Notes under the pieces: model-generated
The model's input: the letters and a program-made list of their open reading frames with translations, nothing else
The model's database searches: none
Told to the model about the DNA's origin: nothing
Shown here: in pieces, positions 13,494 through 26,522 of the stretch
Layout: every line of letters begins with the position of its first letter
How positions within the stretch are numbered: the first letter of the stretch is position 1
DNA from: Ancylonema sp.
Taxonomy: Eukaryota
Direction: 5' to 3'
Assembly (NCBI GenBank): GCA_050230475.1
Contig: JBFLGF010000128.1
Coordinates: 1 to 64,000, forward strand
DNA length: 64,000 bases
Made by a program: the position numbers and the translations under genes

Positions 13494-14923
13494 TTAATGC
13501 TGAGAGACCTCTTCTTTCAATGCCTCCATCTGCTCCTGAATGAGATCGTGAAGAAGCTGCAGCCCCCCCCCCCCTTTATTTGTCTTAGAATACACAGAAG
13601 CTAGATGAGGTCGCCTGTTTCTCTCCTACCTGAGTGGGCGTCCGCTTGTTTGCTGAACTTCGGTACTTGACCCGGCGTCGTTTGAAGTCCCGTTCCTCCG
13701 CAGCAATCTCCACAGACGACTTGCGACCGCTTGCCTGCATACCAATGTGTGCATCAAAAGCCACTCCTCGTCGAGGGAAACTTTTCTGAGGTACACCCCT
13801 CGTCGGGGGAGAATCGGTACCTGACGCCCGGCGTATCCTGTCCGGTCGCTGCTGTCGTTAAGATAGTGAGACCCGCGCTGCTGCCTCTCTGCTTCCGCCC
13901 GGTCTACCAAGGCCTTGTGCTCGGTCACTCTGCCAGGTACTTGAATGTATATTTCAGTCGCGTTTCTTCATTTGGACTGTTAGTTAGACTCTTAGACTGC
14001 ACTCAATAGGGGCTTAGGGAAACCCACCTGTCTTCCGCAGGCCCCTTTGGTGCTTGCATGCGGACGGAGGTCATCGCAAGCTCTTGCAGGGCCGCTTGCA
14101 ATCCCTTCGCCCACCAATCTGCGTCGTTGTTCTGTGGCGTGTCCATGTGTTTGAGGAAGGGTTCGGGATCGAGAAACATTTGGCGGAACAGAGAGAGAGT
14201 GGCCTGCTCGCAAAATGCAGGATCAAGAAACAGAGCCAATTGAGAGGCCAGCCATTGGAGCAACTCGAACAGAACCGGGCAGTCGTTCCCGGCAGTCTGA
14301 CATGCGAGGGATTCAGAAAGAGGCGACGGACTGAATGCTTCCTTGGCTCCTGCCCTCAGAATTGCACGGAGGAGACTGCTGATTGGCGGTATGGCTCCGA
14401 GTGGTAGGGCCAAGTGACATTGCAGGATGTTTGTTGTCAGCGAACGGGTGGGCAGAAGAGATGCTCGCAGCAGGACGTGGCCGACCCACGGGCCCAGCTT
14501 GAGCGGAGCATGTTTCCAATCCAATATCTCCTGCCGCGCGTGCCAGATGAGATAAGCATCCAGGGGTGGGGGGGGCGATGAATACCCCAGAGATGGGTCG
14601 AGTAGTGTGGGTGGAACAGAGGGGGGTACACTGGTACTGGTAAGTTGCACGACATGAGGGGTTTGTTCGTAGAAGAAAGAAGAGGTCTGATGTGCTAGAA
14701 GAGGAGACCGAACTCCAGCGGATACAAGACTGCACTGCTGTTCATGAATTGATAGTATAGCCAGGGGCACACAGTGCGTGGGGTCATTTAGGCATCGCGC
14801 CACGGACGGTGTCGAACCGGAAGTGATGAGGATTCGAGCGGACAGAACCTGAAGCACGTCCCGAGTGTGCCTCACAAGCCTGCGGGCGCTCTCGAGGCGA
14901 GTGTCTAATGTGTCCGAGGTCAT
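13494..14923 (-). CDS. SNRNP48: U11/U12 snRNP 48 kDa protein (minor spliceosome); 4 exons: 14923-14028, 13929-13821, 13734-13630, 13556-13494 (~390 aa)
   Basis: CHHC zinc finger RCLNDPTHCVPLAILSIHEQQC. Plant U11-48K-like blocks SSFFYEQTP, EILDWKHAP, CPVLFELLQWLASQLA, EHKALVDRAEAERQQR, and the signature AEERDFKRRRVKYR...KRTPTQLLHDLI. Exons join in frame via GT-AG introns. Confidence 0.88.
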
Positions 14924-15889
14924 TAATCAAAAAGTGTGTGCATGGGAACTCATAGTTTCCATCACGTTTGACAAATCCAGCTCAAAGACGATAACTGTAA
15001 GTTTTTTTTTAAAAATTGGCTCTACAGCTAACTTGGCGATCCACCGGGCGATCCACCGGGTGTAGACAAATAACGCTGTATCGAGGGTTCACTGTGGAGA
15101 TCCGCATCGTAAGCTCCGGATGGTCAACGAGCCCGTCAATGCGAAACCAGTTGTCCTCGGCCGGGCTCGGAGCACAAATCGGAACACTTTTTCCTCGAGT
15201 CGAGGCGCGGAAGTTCATACAACATTCCGCCTTGAGAAGGAAGAAAGAAAGAGAGAACACCAATGTCGTAGACCAATACCTGTAACTTCGTGTGTTGTAT
15301 CGTGCTTTCAAGACAACGTACTCGCTTATCCCACGACTACGTTTCTCACCTTGCACTTCTTTGGCATGTCTGCTCGTCTCACGGCGTCTGTGTCCCGGGT
15401 GTAGATTTTATAATGCCTGTAAAAGTGGTTTTGGGTTTTTGGGTTTTTTTTGGGTTTTTTTTGGGTACAAGGCAAATGGTTGCGTATTGAAACATTAGAG
15501 TATCATGCAGAGTAGTACAATCTGATATGTTTCAATAGAGTAGTAACCAAAGTTGGCCCCGCATCGCTAATCCTGCGTCCCGGGATAATGCGCCATGAGG
15601 TCGCTGGTTCGTACCCATTTCTGCTGCACAACAGCACATAACAGTGGATGCCGTTGCTGCGATTCCGTCAATCCGCCGGTCGCAATGTACCAGACACGGC
15701 AAGAATAAGAGCAGCAGCAACAGTCCTGCTTATGGCAACACCACAGAGTTGTTGGTGGTTTTCCGGTCTTGTAGACGCAGCTGTTGTACCTGATGAAAGT
15801 GAACCAAATCTTTAGGTGCACCGATTCCGTGCTGACAAGTGCCTTAGGCTAGTCCTTGTAGTGCAACGACTGTTCGCAGCCGCTCCGTC

Positions 15890-18800
15890 ATGGATACCTC
15901 CCGTTCTCTGCGCGCTGACATGAGCCCTGGTGAAGCTATGTGGATGTGCTTGGTTTCTTTGTGGACCTTGATTCACAACTGTTGCCGTCTTCTTTTACTC
16001 CTACCCCTTCGGCTATTTCTGAAGGGAGCGAATCATGCAAAGCTTAGCCCGTTTTTTCAGATTGTAGGACTCAGTGCCGTCCTTGCAGAGATAGAGACAC
16101 CCCAATCTTTCTGCTTCAATGGAATAAAGGCTCAGAATGGAGGCCGTGGGTTGCTGCCTCCCCAGAGTACGGACCAGAAGGCACGACTGACGGTAAGTTC
16201 CGATGTCGCAAGAGTGTCCGAGGAGAGTTTCCCGGTGTATAGCATTCCTTGTTCAAGAAATAAATGAAAAATATCACGCATTCTTTCCTCACAGTTTGCT
16301 CGTAATTGAATCCTACATCTCCAAAATTTCGAGTTCCAGTTGCCAATTTCAACTGCAAATTTGAGACAACGCCCCAGCCTCACACCTACCCCGGTTTTCA
16401 AAGTCATGTTCGAATGAGCTACCAACGTCAGCAGCGTACCTCCCTTTTGTTTAGTACTATTACGTTCACAAAAACTGTGTGACGTCAATGTACATCATGA
16501 TTTAGCGATATGTTGGAGTGTATGCCTCGACCGATTCGAAGCATGCGATGGGTCCAGGTGATCGGAGTTGACACAAGACTTTTTCTGTCTAGGCATCCGT
16601 ATTTTACAGTGCGCCCGTATGTATGTCGTTCGCAGGTGGTGCTTGACTTGGACGAGACGTTAGTCTGTGCATACAACAGCGCACTTCTGCCCATGGAATT
16701 GGAGAAGCTGGCGTTGAGGGGAGCGCTGAGCACGTTCACCATGCAATGTCAGGCAATGGAGAGGGTGAGGAATCGAGGAGGGCTGGGGTTGAGAGTGATA
16801 GAGAAAAAGTCACGGTGCAGAAACAGCCGAACGGAATCGGGACATACTTTAGGTCCAAACTTTTCAAGGTTAGCTATAGCCAAGAGAGGATTGTGAGGCA
16901 CTGTGACCTGTGGAGAAACTGGGCCATGATGACGGCAGAGAAGCTTGAGATGCTGATGTGGCACCCGTTCTCATACATGGCCCTTGAGGTTGGCCGCCCA
17001 CAAGCTCTGCCTCGCAGGAGTAGCTCCTAGATGTGCTTACTTGAAATCAGGGATTTGCGTCTCCTTGTTTTTGTCGTTTGAGGTGGGCCTGAAGTTGGAT
17101 AAGAAGTTCAGCTGAAGCCTCTGTTCGTCTGGACGAAGGCAGTCTGAGTCTGTTGCTGTCGTGTATCAAAACTGGACAGATTGACAAGGGACAGCCCAAC
17201 ACTGTGAAGCTGACTTCTGTATGTGGTCTGTTTAATTCCTAAGGCCTGTGATAAGAGCGTCGAGGACCTGAGGAACTGTTTGTACTGTTACAGATCAGGA
17301 TTTACTTGCGTACTTGTACGTCCTCTGAAGCCTGTGCTGGAGGTAGTAGTTGGTATGCCATCATGAGTGACACGCCCTTGAAGCATTACCTCAACCCAGG
17401 CTGCCACTCTACGCCGCAAAGCTCCCTGTGTCTCTTTATGTGAAAACCCGGCATCTTTCGACCAAAAGCTTAGAGCAGTCTCCATCCGTGTCTGACTCAG
17501 GTGATGCATGGGGTTTGTGTTCAGGACTTGGAAGGACCTCTACAGACAGCTACCGTGACAGTGTTTGAGAGGCCGGGTCTTGCTGAGTTCCTAGAGAGGG
17601 CCAGCCAATTCTCGGAACTGGTGCTGTTCACCGCAGGGCTGGAAGGTCAGTTTCTCTGCCATCATCTGCTTTCTGCCGTTTTCTGCTCTCTTGGCTGTGA
17701 GGGATCCCTCACTTCAATCCCTCATGTACAGAAGCCGGGGCAGAGGGGCGATGTCTGTATTATATACAGGCTCTGTGCCTTATCAACATACTGCAGAACT
17801 TTGATGTGAGATTTGGAAACTCATAGCAAGGCCGTTCATGGCCAGTTCAGGTAGTATTAGTAGACCACCACTCACAGAAGGCCATCTGCTGACGTGTCAC
17901 AAGTAAGCAGCAGCAACGGCAGCAGCGGCAGCAGCAGCAACAACAGCAAGTGCATGGTGAACCAAAGTTGCTCCATCCTAGTTGGCAGGGTACGCAAAGC
18001 CGGTGATAGATCGAATCGACCCCCATGGACGAATCACACACCGACTGTATCGCCCGGCTACAGTCAGCACGTGAGTGTGTGGGGAGGACTGTGGACGTTT
18101 GTGGGAATTTGCCAGATAAAGGGACTAGGAAAAGACATAAAGCTGGGGGGGGGAGGATTTTCAGCGGGAGGCTGAAACAGATTGAAAGATGGAGTTGCGC
18201 CTTTGAGCTTTCAGAGTCAAGCGGATGTGATCTGGCAACAGGTTCTGGGAAATCTGTCAACTTTGATGTGAGTACAGAAAGGATGTATGTATGACACTAA
18301 AAGAGGAAGTATTTTCGAGGAGTACTACCCTTTCTTTTTTTTTTTCAGCGGCAGGCAGATACATCGATCTGGAACCGCAACCGGAATCGGTGCCCAAAAA
18401 ACAGAGGCTTTATTCCAGTAAATATAATGCAATAATACCAAACATCCATGAGCGTGGCCATCTTGTACCTTCCCACGATCATACGTTCAGCCTCTGATAA
18501 CCTGCCACCTGTCCCCCCCCCTCGACATTTTGCAGCCCCATTCGAGAGCACGTGAAGGATCTCGGAGTTTTGGGCCGAGATCTTGCGAGGTGCGTGCTGG
18601 TGGACAACAACCCCTTCTGCTTCCTGCTGCAGCCGTGTAACGGGATACCCTGCGTGCCATTCACAGGGAGGCACCCCCATGACAGACAGGTGAGGGGGAG
18701 GGGAGGGGGCGATGTAGAAATAACGTGGCGCAGATAACGTACCAAACAGGTGACGGGGTGAAAAGAAGAAAAATAAGAAAAAAAAAAAAAAGAGAAGAAA

Positions 18801-19764
18801 CCCTACAGACCAAAAAAAAAAAAAAAAAAGCTAGATGTGTCATGTCATAACAAAGGAAATTCGCGTAGTGGTTGCTAGTAATTACAAAAGCATGAAGGGT
18901 TGATCCTTGACTCTTGAGAGTTGGGAGGTTGGGAAGGATTTGACGAACTTGTATGATGTTTGGAGAAAAATACAGTATACCCTCGATATAATGACCCTCG
19001 TTGTAATTACAAATATTGAAACCATGTTTGATAGAGAAGCTCCTATACAGCAGCTACCCGAATATATGTACATTGACCTTCCATATAATGACATCCAAAG
19101 CTAAAAAAATGTTTTTGAATGTCATTATCGAGGTATATAATGGTACATCTCGCGCATAACGAAAAGTTGAAATGTATCAAATTAAAGAATCTTGAAATGC
19201 TTGGAAAAAGTTATTGGGTATTGGTATCTGTGCGTACTTGTATTGCACATTTTAGAGAAGAGGTAAAAGTATTTTGATAGTAACCCCAAGGCTGATATTG
19301 CACTCAATTCTTATTGAGCACGATTAGATGTTCTTGATTGGGCAAAATACAATCCCTCAATAAATTGAAACCTATTTATTGTTTTCGAGTAATGTCGTCA
19401 TGCACTGTTTAATGACACCGTATTACGACCTATTTTCCCATTTTTATATTCGTTATATCACGGGTTGTTTATAGCCGGTGGTCATGAAAAATAAAAGATG
19501 AGTCAACCAACTGCATCACCCACTTTGTGTCACCCGACAATGCAAGGATTTGAATTTTCCTACTATAGGTCGAATATATATCAAAGTGTTCGTCACAAAC
19601 TCATATTGATTGCCTTCCCTCTGCAGCTCCTAGACGTCCTCCTCCCCCTTCTCGAGCAGCTCTCCGAGAAACCCGACATCCGTCCAGCTCTCCGCGACCA
19701 CTACCACATGCCCACGTGGTTTCAAGACAGAGGGGTGCTACTCGACACAACATCTGCATGCTAG
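15890..19764 (+). CDS. SCP1/CTD-small-phosphatase-like HAD phosphatase (NIF/FCP1 domain); exons 15890-16192, 16636-16764, 17525-17645, 17989-18070, 18536-18689, 19627-19764
   Basis: DxDxT motif VVLDLDETLVCAY, then VFERPGLAEFL, LFTAGLEGYAKPVIDRID, RLYRPAT, HVKDL...LVDNNPFCFLLQPCNGIPC, LLDVLLPLLEQLS. In-frame GT-AG junctions. Confidence 0.93.
18973..19473. mobile_element. Degenerate pogo/Tc1-mariner-like MITE in the last phosphatase intron
   Basis: Left end TA|CAGTATACCCTCGATATAATGA and degenerate right end TCGTTATATCACGGG. The CCCTCGATATAACGA motif recurs at ~58955, 60050 and 63810-64000. Confidence 0.4.
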
Positions 19765-22549
19765 CGCCGCCAACAAAGATCCGATGTTCTTTGGAGCCAT
19801 AACGAGTAGCATGCGCGGGCATATGGCATGCGCCGTTGCCATTTGCAGCCATTCCGTTCATCCTTCATTGGCCTTTTGTTGACGAATCCGATAATAATTT
19901 CATTGTGAGCTCGATGGTGATGGTTGTACATTTGTTCAATGGCCTAGAGGTGGAGGGCACTAAACTGCGCTTGCAAATTGTAACATCTCGAAAAAAAACG
20001 ATGTTTGTCGTATAGTGAATAACTCTTAGTAATCTTGATAAAGTGCGTGGAGTGGTTGAAGGAGAAGTTTTACCTTATATCAACGTGGCTTTTCGAAAAG
20101 CGTGTCATTATAGGCGAAACTAGAGGTTGTGTCTTGTATATACAACGGTCCGTCATTATTTTGTTTTGTAGAGGTTAGAGTGCTGATAAGAAAATCCGGA
20201 TGCTGTTGAGGCTTGAAGGACAAAGATTTTCGGACACGTAAACACGCAACAGGTACGGTAGAATTAGTGAACTCAAGCAAGTCGTGAGTGTTTCATGTTC
20301 ACTTGGGATAGCTTGAGTAGATGAGTCTTTAGAATTTGAGCATTATAAAGAGATATAGGGGAGAAAATGAAAGGATTCGCCCTAAATGGCGAAATCGAGT
20401 GACAGGTCAAAGGGGTTGTACAGAGAGAGGTGTGCTGGATGTTGAAAGGAAGATAAACGTTGCAAAATATTCTAGATTCTAGATATTCGAGATTTTGAGA
20501 GGTTGTGAGCCATCAAATGGTGCTCTTCTAATCATTTGCCACTGCTTTCAAGCCAGTTGTCGGTGTCTATAGTGATTGCAATGGTTTTAGCAAGGGCAAA
20601 AGTGGTAGTGAAGTGATTTCGCACATGCAACACCATTCTGAGCTTAGTTAATTGGCGACATTTTAGTCTCCGGTCATGTTCTGACCATCATCGTTTTTTT
20701 GGGTTTTCAACACAATTTGAGTGGCTGGGTTTTTGTGAGGGGAACATGGAGCCTTCATTGTAAATCTCCCGATCGAAGTGGGGGAAACTCGGCGTGTAGG
20801 TATAACGGTGACATATGTTCCTTCGATCGGCTATAGGACCAAAATACTTTGTGCGTGACTCTTGTTACTGCAATCGAGGTTAGCTTGGCCAAACGGGACA
20901 AAGTTACTTTCGAAACGCGTGCAACCACATCTCGAGTGCTCAAGTCACTATGAGGACACACTGTTTATTATTTGAGGATTGCATTTGATTGTTGTGAACG
21001 AAGTCATGCTCAACACTGCATTGTGTGTCCTTTTATAAGACAAGTACTTGATGGCAATAAGTATTGTCTTTCGAAGTGATATCGGCTCCTCTCATTTTAA
21101 CTTCTTTTACTTTCTCCATGTCTAGCCAAATCATATAAACATCCACGTGAGCCGAAGAAGCCCGTGTATTCTAAGGTGTGAGACTTGAGCTTACCGAACA
21201 ACAAGAACGCTCGCTTTGATATTACACATGGAGATACCGTACATATAGGGATGGGGCTCAGTCCCCACCCTCGCCTTGTCCCATTACTCATGGGGCTAGA
21301 CTTCGCTTCACGCCTATCGAGTGTTAGCTAAGACAATCACCGTCCCGTGAAGATGATGATTGAACTTGTAATCTCGCGTAAACTCTGAGGTTACAAAAAC
21401 GGAGTTCACGGTCCGACCGGCCCCAATTTCGGACCGGGTTCCATCCTCCGAGGCAAATGTTTAAACAGCATGAACCGTTGATGTTCCGAACCGAACATTT
21501 CCAGATTCGTTCGGAAATTTGGGGTTGCCAAGTTTTGCATTACCCTCGGTACGGTGGAGAATTAGTCCCTTTTAACTCAATTTCTAGGCCAATCATGATC
21601 ATCAAGTCACTCGATAGGCCAATCATGTCACTCGATTCGTTGGTAGGTCGATTTGAGCGATTTGAGAAGTTGTTCCACATCCGACTATCACCTTTGCATC
21701 CTATCACACTATCCGAATCCTTCAAATCATTATACAAAAAAACAAGCGCTCAACGTCATTACTAGAGAGCTCGGATTGTATTACAAGTACACACAACCAA
21801 CTCCCACTCCCTCCGCGGGAAATGATATTGTCAAAAATATCAAGACGCATTTTCATCGCATCAATAAGCTTTTGTCAATGGAAGTCAAGATGTACGAGTT
21901 TTTATGCATAACTTCCGATAGTGAGGTCTTTACTTTGATAGAAGACAAGAAGACAAGAGGACAAGGGCGAGTCGATCAAAAGTCCGCGGGGAGGTAGTCT
22001 ACAACAATCAGCAAAGAAGCTAGCCATAGAATTTATTGGATACACCAACGTGTCACCAACGTTAACGAGACCGCATCACCAGCTTATGTGTGTGAACGAA
22101 TACAAAATGTGTGCCCCCCCCCTATTTCCTCCCCGAATCAACATTCGGCTTATAGACTCTGTTTTTTCCTTCATGATAGACGTCTCCAATGATTCCATGC
22201 ATTTGCGAACCGGAGTTCGGAGATTCCGGGTTGTGAGTCGTGGTTCCTGATCGTGAAGTGCTTGTTAAAATGAAGCTATATCTCACAATTATGTAGCCCA
22301 AATATCTTTGGGAGCACTAGATGGTTGGTTGCCAGAACTCCTTGTATAGTTGGCTCCGGGCATGTCCAGGATTCTCCGATTCTCCGATTCTCCAGACATG
22401 TCCGCACACGGACTTGTCCGGTTCCAGACATGTCCGTGACACGTCCCGGATGTGACACTCTAGCCATAAATAAATACCATGAAACCGAATAAATATTACG
22501 CCTAGGTGAGTAATGTCGCAAGTGTACCGTACTCACCAAAGATGAAAAC

Positions 22550-23300
22550 CCTCAAATAATTATGGAAAGGGTGGGTCGTGCCAAATTGAACAATTCATTT
22601 TTTGGGGGTGCGTGTCACACATGAAATCTCGAAATTTGCTAAAAATGGGTCATTATCCTAAATATAGATTTCATGCATTACCTACTCATCTAACACCTAC
22701 GTGGGTTGAACCCCGGTCGGCCAAGCTTTAATTGTGGTCCGGTAGCGGCCGAATCGATCGTCGTCGGTGTGCTGATGCAATTTTTTTGTATCGGTTTTGA
22801 GCAATTTAGCATTATAATGCGGAGCCGTGTAAAAACGGCGTCAGGATTGTTTTAGGTGGGTAATCTTTTCTTGTGCATCACACATACCCGTAAAAAATAA
22901 TGTTTGTTATAACGTATAAGTCTAAACACCTTCAAATATTCGGGAGTATGAACCTTTTTCTCCTCATTTTTAAAACATGATACTTAGTAGTGTTTCTTTC
23001 CCAATTAGATAGAAGTACACTCCATGTACTCAAAGAGGGCCAAAATCTAAGAGCCGACACCTCGCTCTATTGCTTTCACTCGAGGGTTGAAGCATTCATA
23101 GAACAGTCATTGGTGCGATACTGGTGCGGTATGGTGCGCGTCGTTTCGGCGCGGGTCAATATGCTTGCTGGGTCACGGTAAATGAAAAAATATTCACCCG
23201 GGTCATACTTCTCGGTCACGGGATATGAAATAAACTACGTTAGGTTCAAGTCGGTGGGTCACCACGGTAATAAAATGTGTGTGTTTTTTTTTACCGGGTC
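22550..23300. repeat. Inverted copy of the 12060-12970 repeat
   Basis: Reverse-complement similarity to 12060-12970. Confidence 0.7.
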
Positions 23301-23308
23301 ACAATCTT

Positions 23309-23678
23309 TATAGTTGCACGGAACGGCGGACCGGGGTTTCGAGGTTCCGGACCGGGGTCCGTCCTTTTGGGCCAAATTGCCGGACCATCTGTAGTATAAT
23401 ACTTATTTTTCTTTAGTGATTTTGATAGGTTCTTCGTGGGGAAAAAAAACCCGGAAAAAAATTACAAAAATAATATAAAATAAAAATGTCGGCTCGTGCA
23501 TCGAGAAAAAACGAAAGAAAAATGTATCCCTTCAAAACACGCTGACATGTCCATTTCCCCCCGACATGGGCGGGGGAGGGGGGGGGGGGCTAAAAGATCC
23601 CCGACATAACCGGATCCCGACTCCGGACCCGGTCCGACCGCGGTCCGAGAAACTAATCTTGCCGGTCCGTGCAACTCT
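23309..23678. mobile_element. MITE-like repeat, TAGTTGCACGGA...TCCGTGCAACT family
   Basis: TIR visible; similar to 4772-5136. Confidence 0.55.
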
Positions 23679-23699
23679 TAGTCTTTGGTCAATACAATG

Positions 23700-24621
23700 C
23701 ATAGTTACCATAACCGGAAAATTCATATTTTGGAACCGAGATCCGCCCCGGTCCGAGATGCGGACCGGGATGGACCGCGCGGTTCTTAGGGTTTTTTTTG
23801 GGCGTTATTTTTCAAGGGGCGGGTTGTTTTTCTTTTTCTTTTTCATTTTTCAAGCCCTACGTGTTCCGCCTAGGCACAACCTGTGACACGCCATGTGTTT
23901 GAAAAATCTACAAAAGTACCTTTAAAAAAGGCATATGAAAGGTAGGAGGCTACGATACCAAATAGTTGTTTTGTGGTGGGAAAACGGATCAAAAACTTGA
24001 GGTATGCGTAGATAAGGCGAAGGCATGAGTAGGCAAAAGCATTAAAATTGCCGAATAAGTATGCATGTGATATTTGACATGTCACATGTGATATGTGTAT
24101 ATTAGAGTTCGATAACGAAGTTGTCTGGCAATTATGGTGAATGATAGGGTATATTGATTCGCTGAAACTTCAAACTTGAAAGACAAACAACGTATACTTC
24201 TAGAGGTTTTTTAATCGTTTGTAACATTGCAACCTCTCTTGATCACATGTGAGAAATTATGAGAAAATGGTAAGAGATATTATCGCGAAAATGTTATAAT
24301 TCCTAATGATGGTGTTGGGGGAGTGGGAGCAAAAATTACTTAGTCAAATTTTATGGAAAAAATCAGTGAACAAGTTGGTTTTTGAGTTTTCATTCAATAA
24401 TAGTATGGCAAATCATTTTTATTACATTTTTTATAGGCACACATTAAAAAACTACGCAATAAAAAAACATTTCCGAAGTTTTTTGAACTAATAAAAAAAT
24501 GAAACCGTATAAAATATGATTTTACCCTAAATCGCCGGTCCGAGGTATTGGGTCTCGAAGGACGGACCCTGGTCCAAGATGCGGACCTTCGAACCCAGTT
24601 CCGAAGGTTCAGGTAACTATG
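23700..24621. mobile_element. MITE-like element with CATAGTTACC...GGTAACTATG ends
   Basis: 10-bp perfect TIR and GGACC/GGTCC subterminal motifs. No clear TSD. Confidence 0.5.
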
Positions 24622-25744
24622 ATGTACCCAAACTGGATACCGTAAATGATTTCTCTTTTTCCAAAATTATTTACTTTCGTAATGATTTATGCAAATGATT
24701 ATGGGTTTTCGTTAGTTATTATCGACGATTTGCGATAATGATTTCATATATCCGTTAATTATTATCAATGATTTCTGGGGATGATACCGAATTGTAGGAA
24801 TGAAAAGTATTAAAAATATCCTTATTTGCGAATTAAAATTCAAATGATTTGCCGACATCCACCCGCATATGGGTCACTGTGACATATTCAACGTAGATTC
24901 CGACGTCGCAAGTGCACGTGGCAGTAGTCGAGATGTCTCGTTCGGCCCCGATTTTGTCGTTATGGAAGGTATTATGTTGTCATCTGGCGCGGTTGATGGG
25001 TGATTTCCCATATCGTGGGACTTTGGGGCCCGGTTACTTACGGGACCAGACAATACCGGCAACTACGTAGTTTCTTCCGTCGTAAATGTCGCTCGCTCCA
25101 AAATGTGTCGTTTTGCACGTGCCTACTTTGTCGTGTAGCCCATTTCATTACTTCGAGAGCCACATCTAGGTAACCCCGAATTTCCCGTAAATGATTCCTA
25201 AAACGGGTTTTATTAATGATTTATTATGATTTCCTTTATCTACCTTTCTACAATTAATTAAATGATGACTTTCGGGTTTCAATAATTAATAAAAAAATCA
25301 TTTATGGTGCCAGGTACGGTAATGTGTAAGCAATATCCATAGTAAGAACCGGGTGTCAAATGTAGCGTTATGAAAACCCCCACACTTCTGTCGCTTGAAT
25401 ATAAACAATGGAAAATACGCTTTTGAAAAAAAAAGCAAACAATTTTGTTGGCCCCCGACATGTCCGAGAAAAGTGGTGTGCGGGAAAATTGCGAGACTTG
25501 CCCCAAGCAAGGTTGTCCGAGATCGAACTACGGCAAGAAGCAAGAGTGGAAACAACCTACTTGAGACACTTTCGGAACGGTTGTTTAAATATGCGTGCTT
25601 CAGGATAGAGACCGTCTTGTAATCAAAGAACTCCGGAACTGGGAACTAAAACGTTCAAAATTTCCGGAGGCAATCATGGGTCCATCATTGAACTATACAA
25701 AGAGCACCCCTTCCTAATGTCAAGAAAGAAGTTGGGAGTTGTCT

Positions 25745-26100
25745 CATAGTTAAGCGCTATCCATCCCGATCCCCAATCCGGATCGGAACTGATCTGGCTC
25801 CGATCCGGATTGGCGATAGATCAGATAGGATCAGGTTTAACAAAAAAAAAACGAAAAAGTAGAAAACACATTTTGGTAGGGTTCAGGCCACAATGGGTAC
25901 ATAAACAACTTCGTTGATTTTTTAATATGTTTTCTTCAATTTTACCTAATGTTTGGCGATTCCGATTTGGATCGGATCCGATCTGGTTCGACGCTGTATA
26001 TAAAATTCCGGGAATTTCCATATTCCTGGAAAATTCGGGGAAATTCCGGGAACCGAGGACATTGATTACCGGATCGGATCAGGAAATTGTCCCAACTATG
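25745..26100. mobile_element. MITE-like element with CATAGTT...AACTATG ends and GATCCGGATC motifs
   Basis: Terminal motif plus clustered gatccg/cggatc repeats. Related motif clusters at ~29370-29680, 40190-40480 and 60460-61010. Confidence 0.5.
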
Positions 26101-26522
26101 AAATGCCTCTAGACCAAGAATTTGAGTCGATTGTGAAGTAGGACATAAGAATGACAACTTTTCACACCATAAACTTACACATGTTGCAAACGGATGCACA
26201 TTTGATCAATTTGCACATCATTCATACAGACGCCCTACAACTTAGCCTTGGCCTTGCACCTTATTCAGATGACGCAAACAACAATGACATCTCAACATCC
26301 ATTCACAATGGTATATGCCACATGGAATTGTGTTGCCACAAATATTGTGCAGTGCGACCTTGCGTTTGAACACTTAAAAGAAAGAGAGAGTTCAAGAGAT
26401 TATGTCACATTGTTTGCATAGCAACTTGCTATAAGATGTTGACTTCATGGATGGGCGGTGCACCCAAAAACACCATCACAACAAGATGCTTTGGCGGATA
26501 TACATTGCCACGTGGTGACTTC

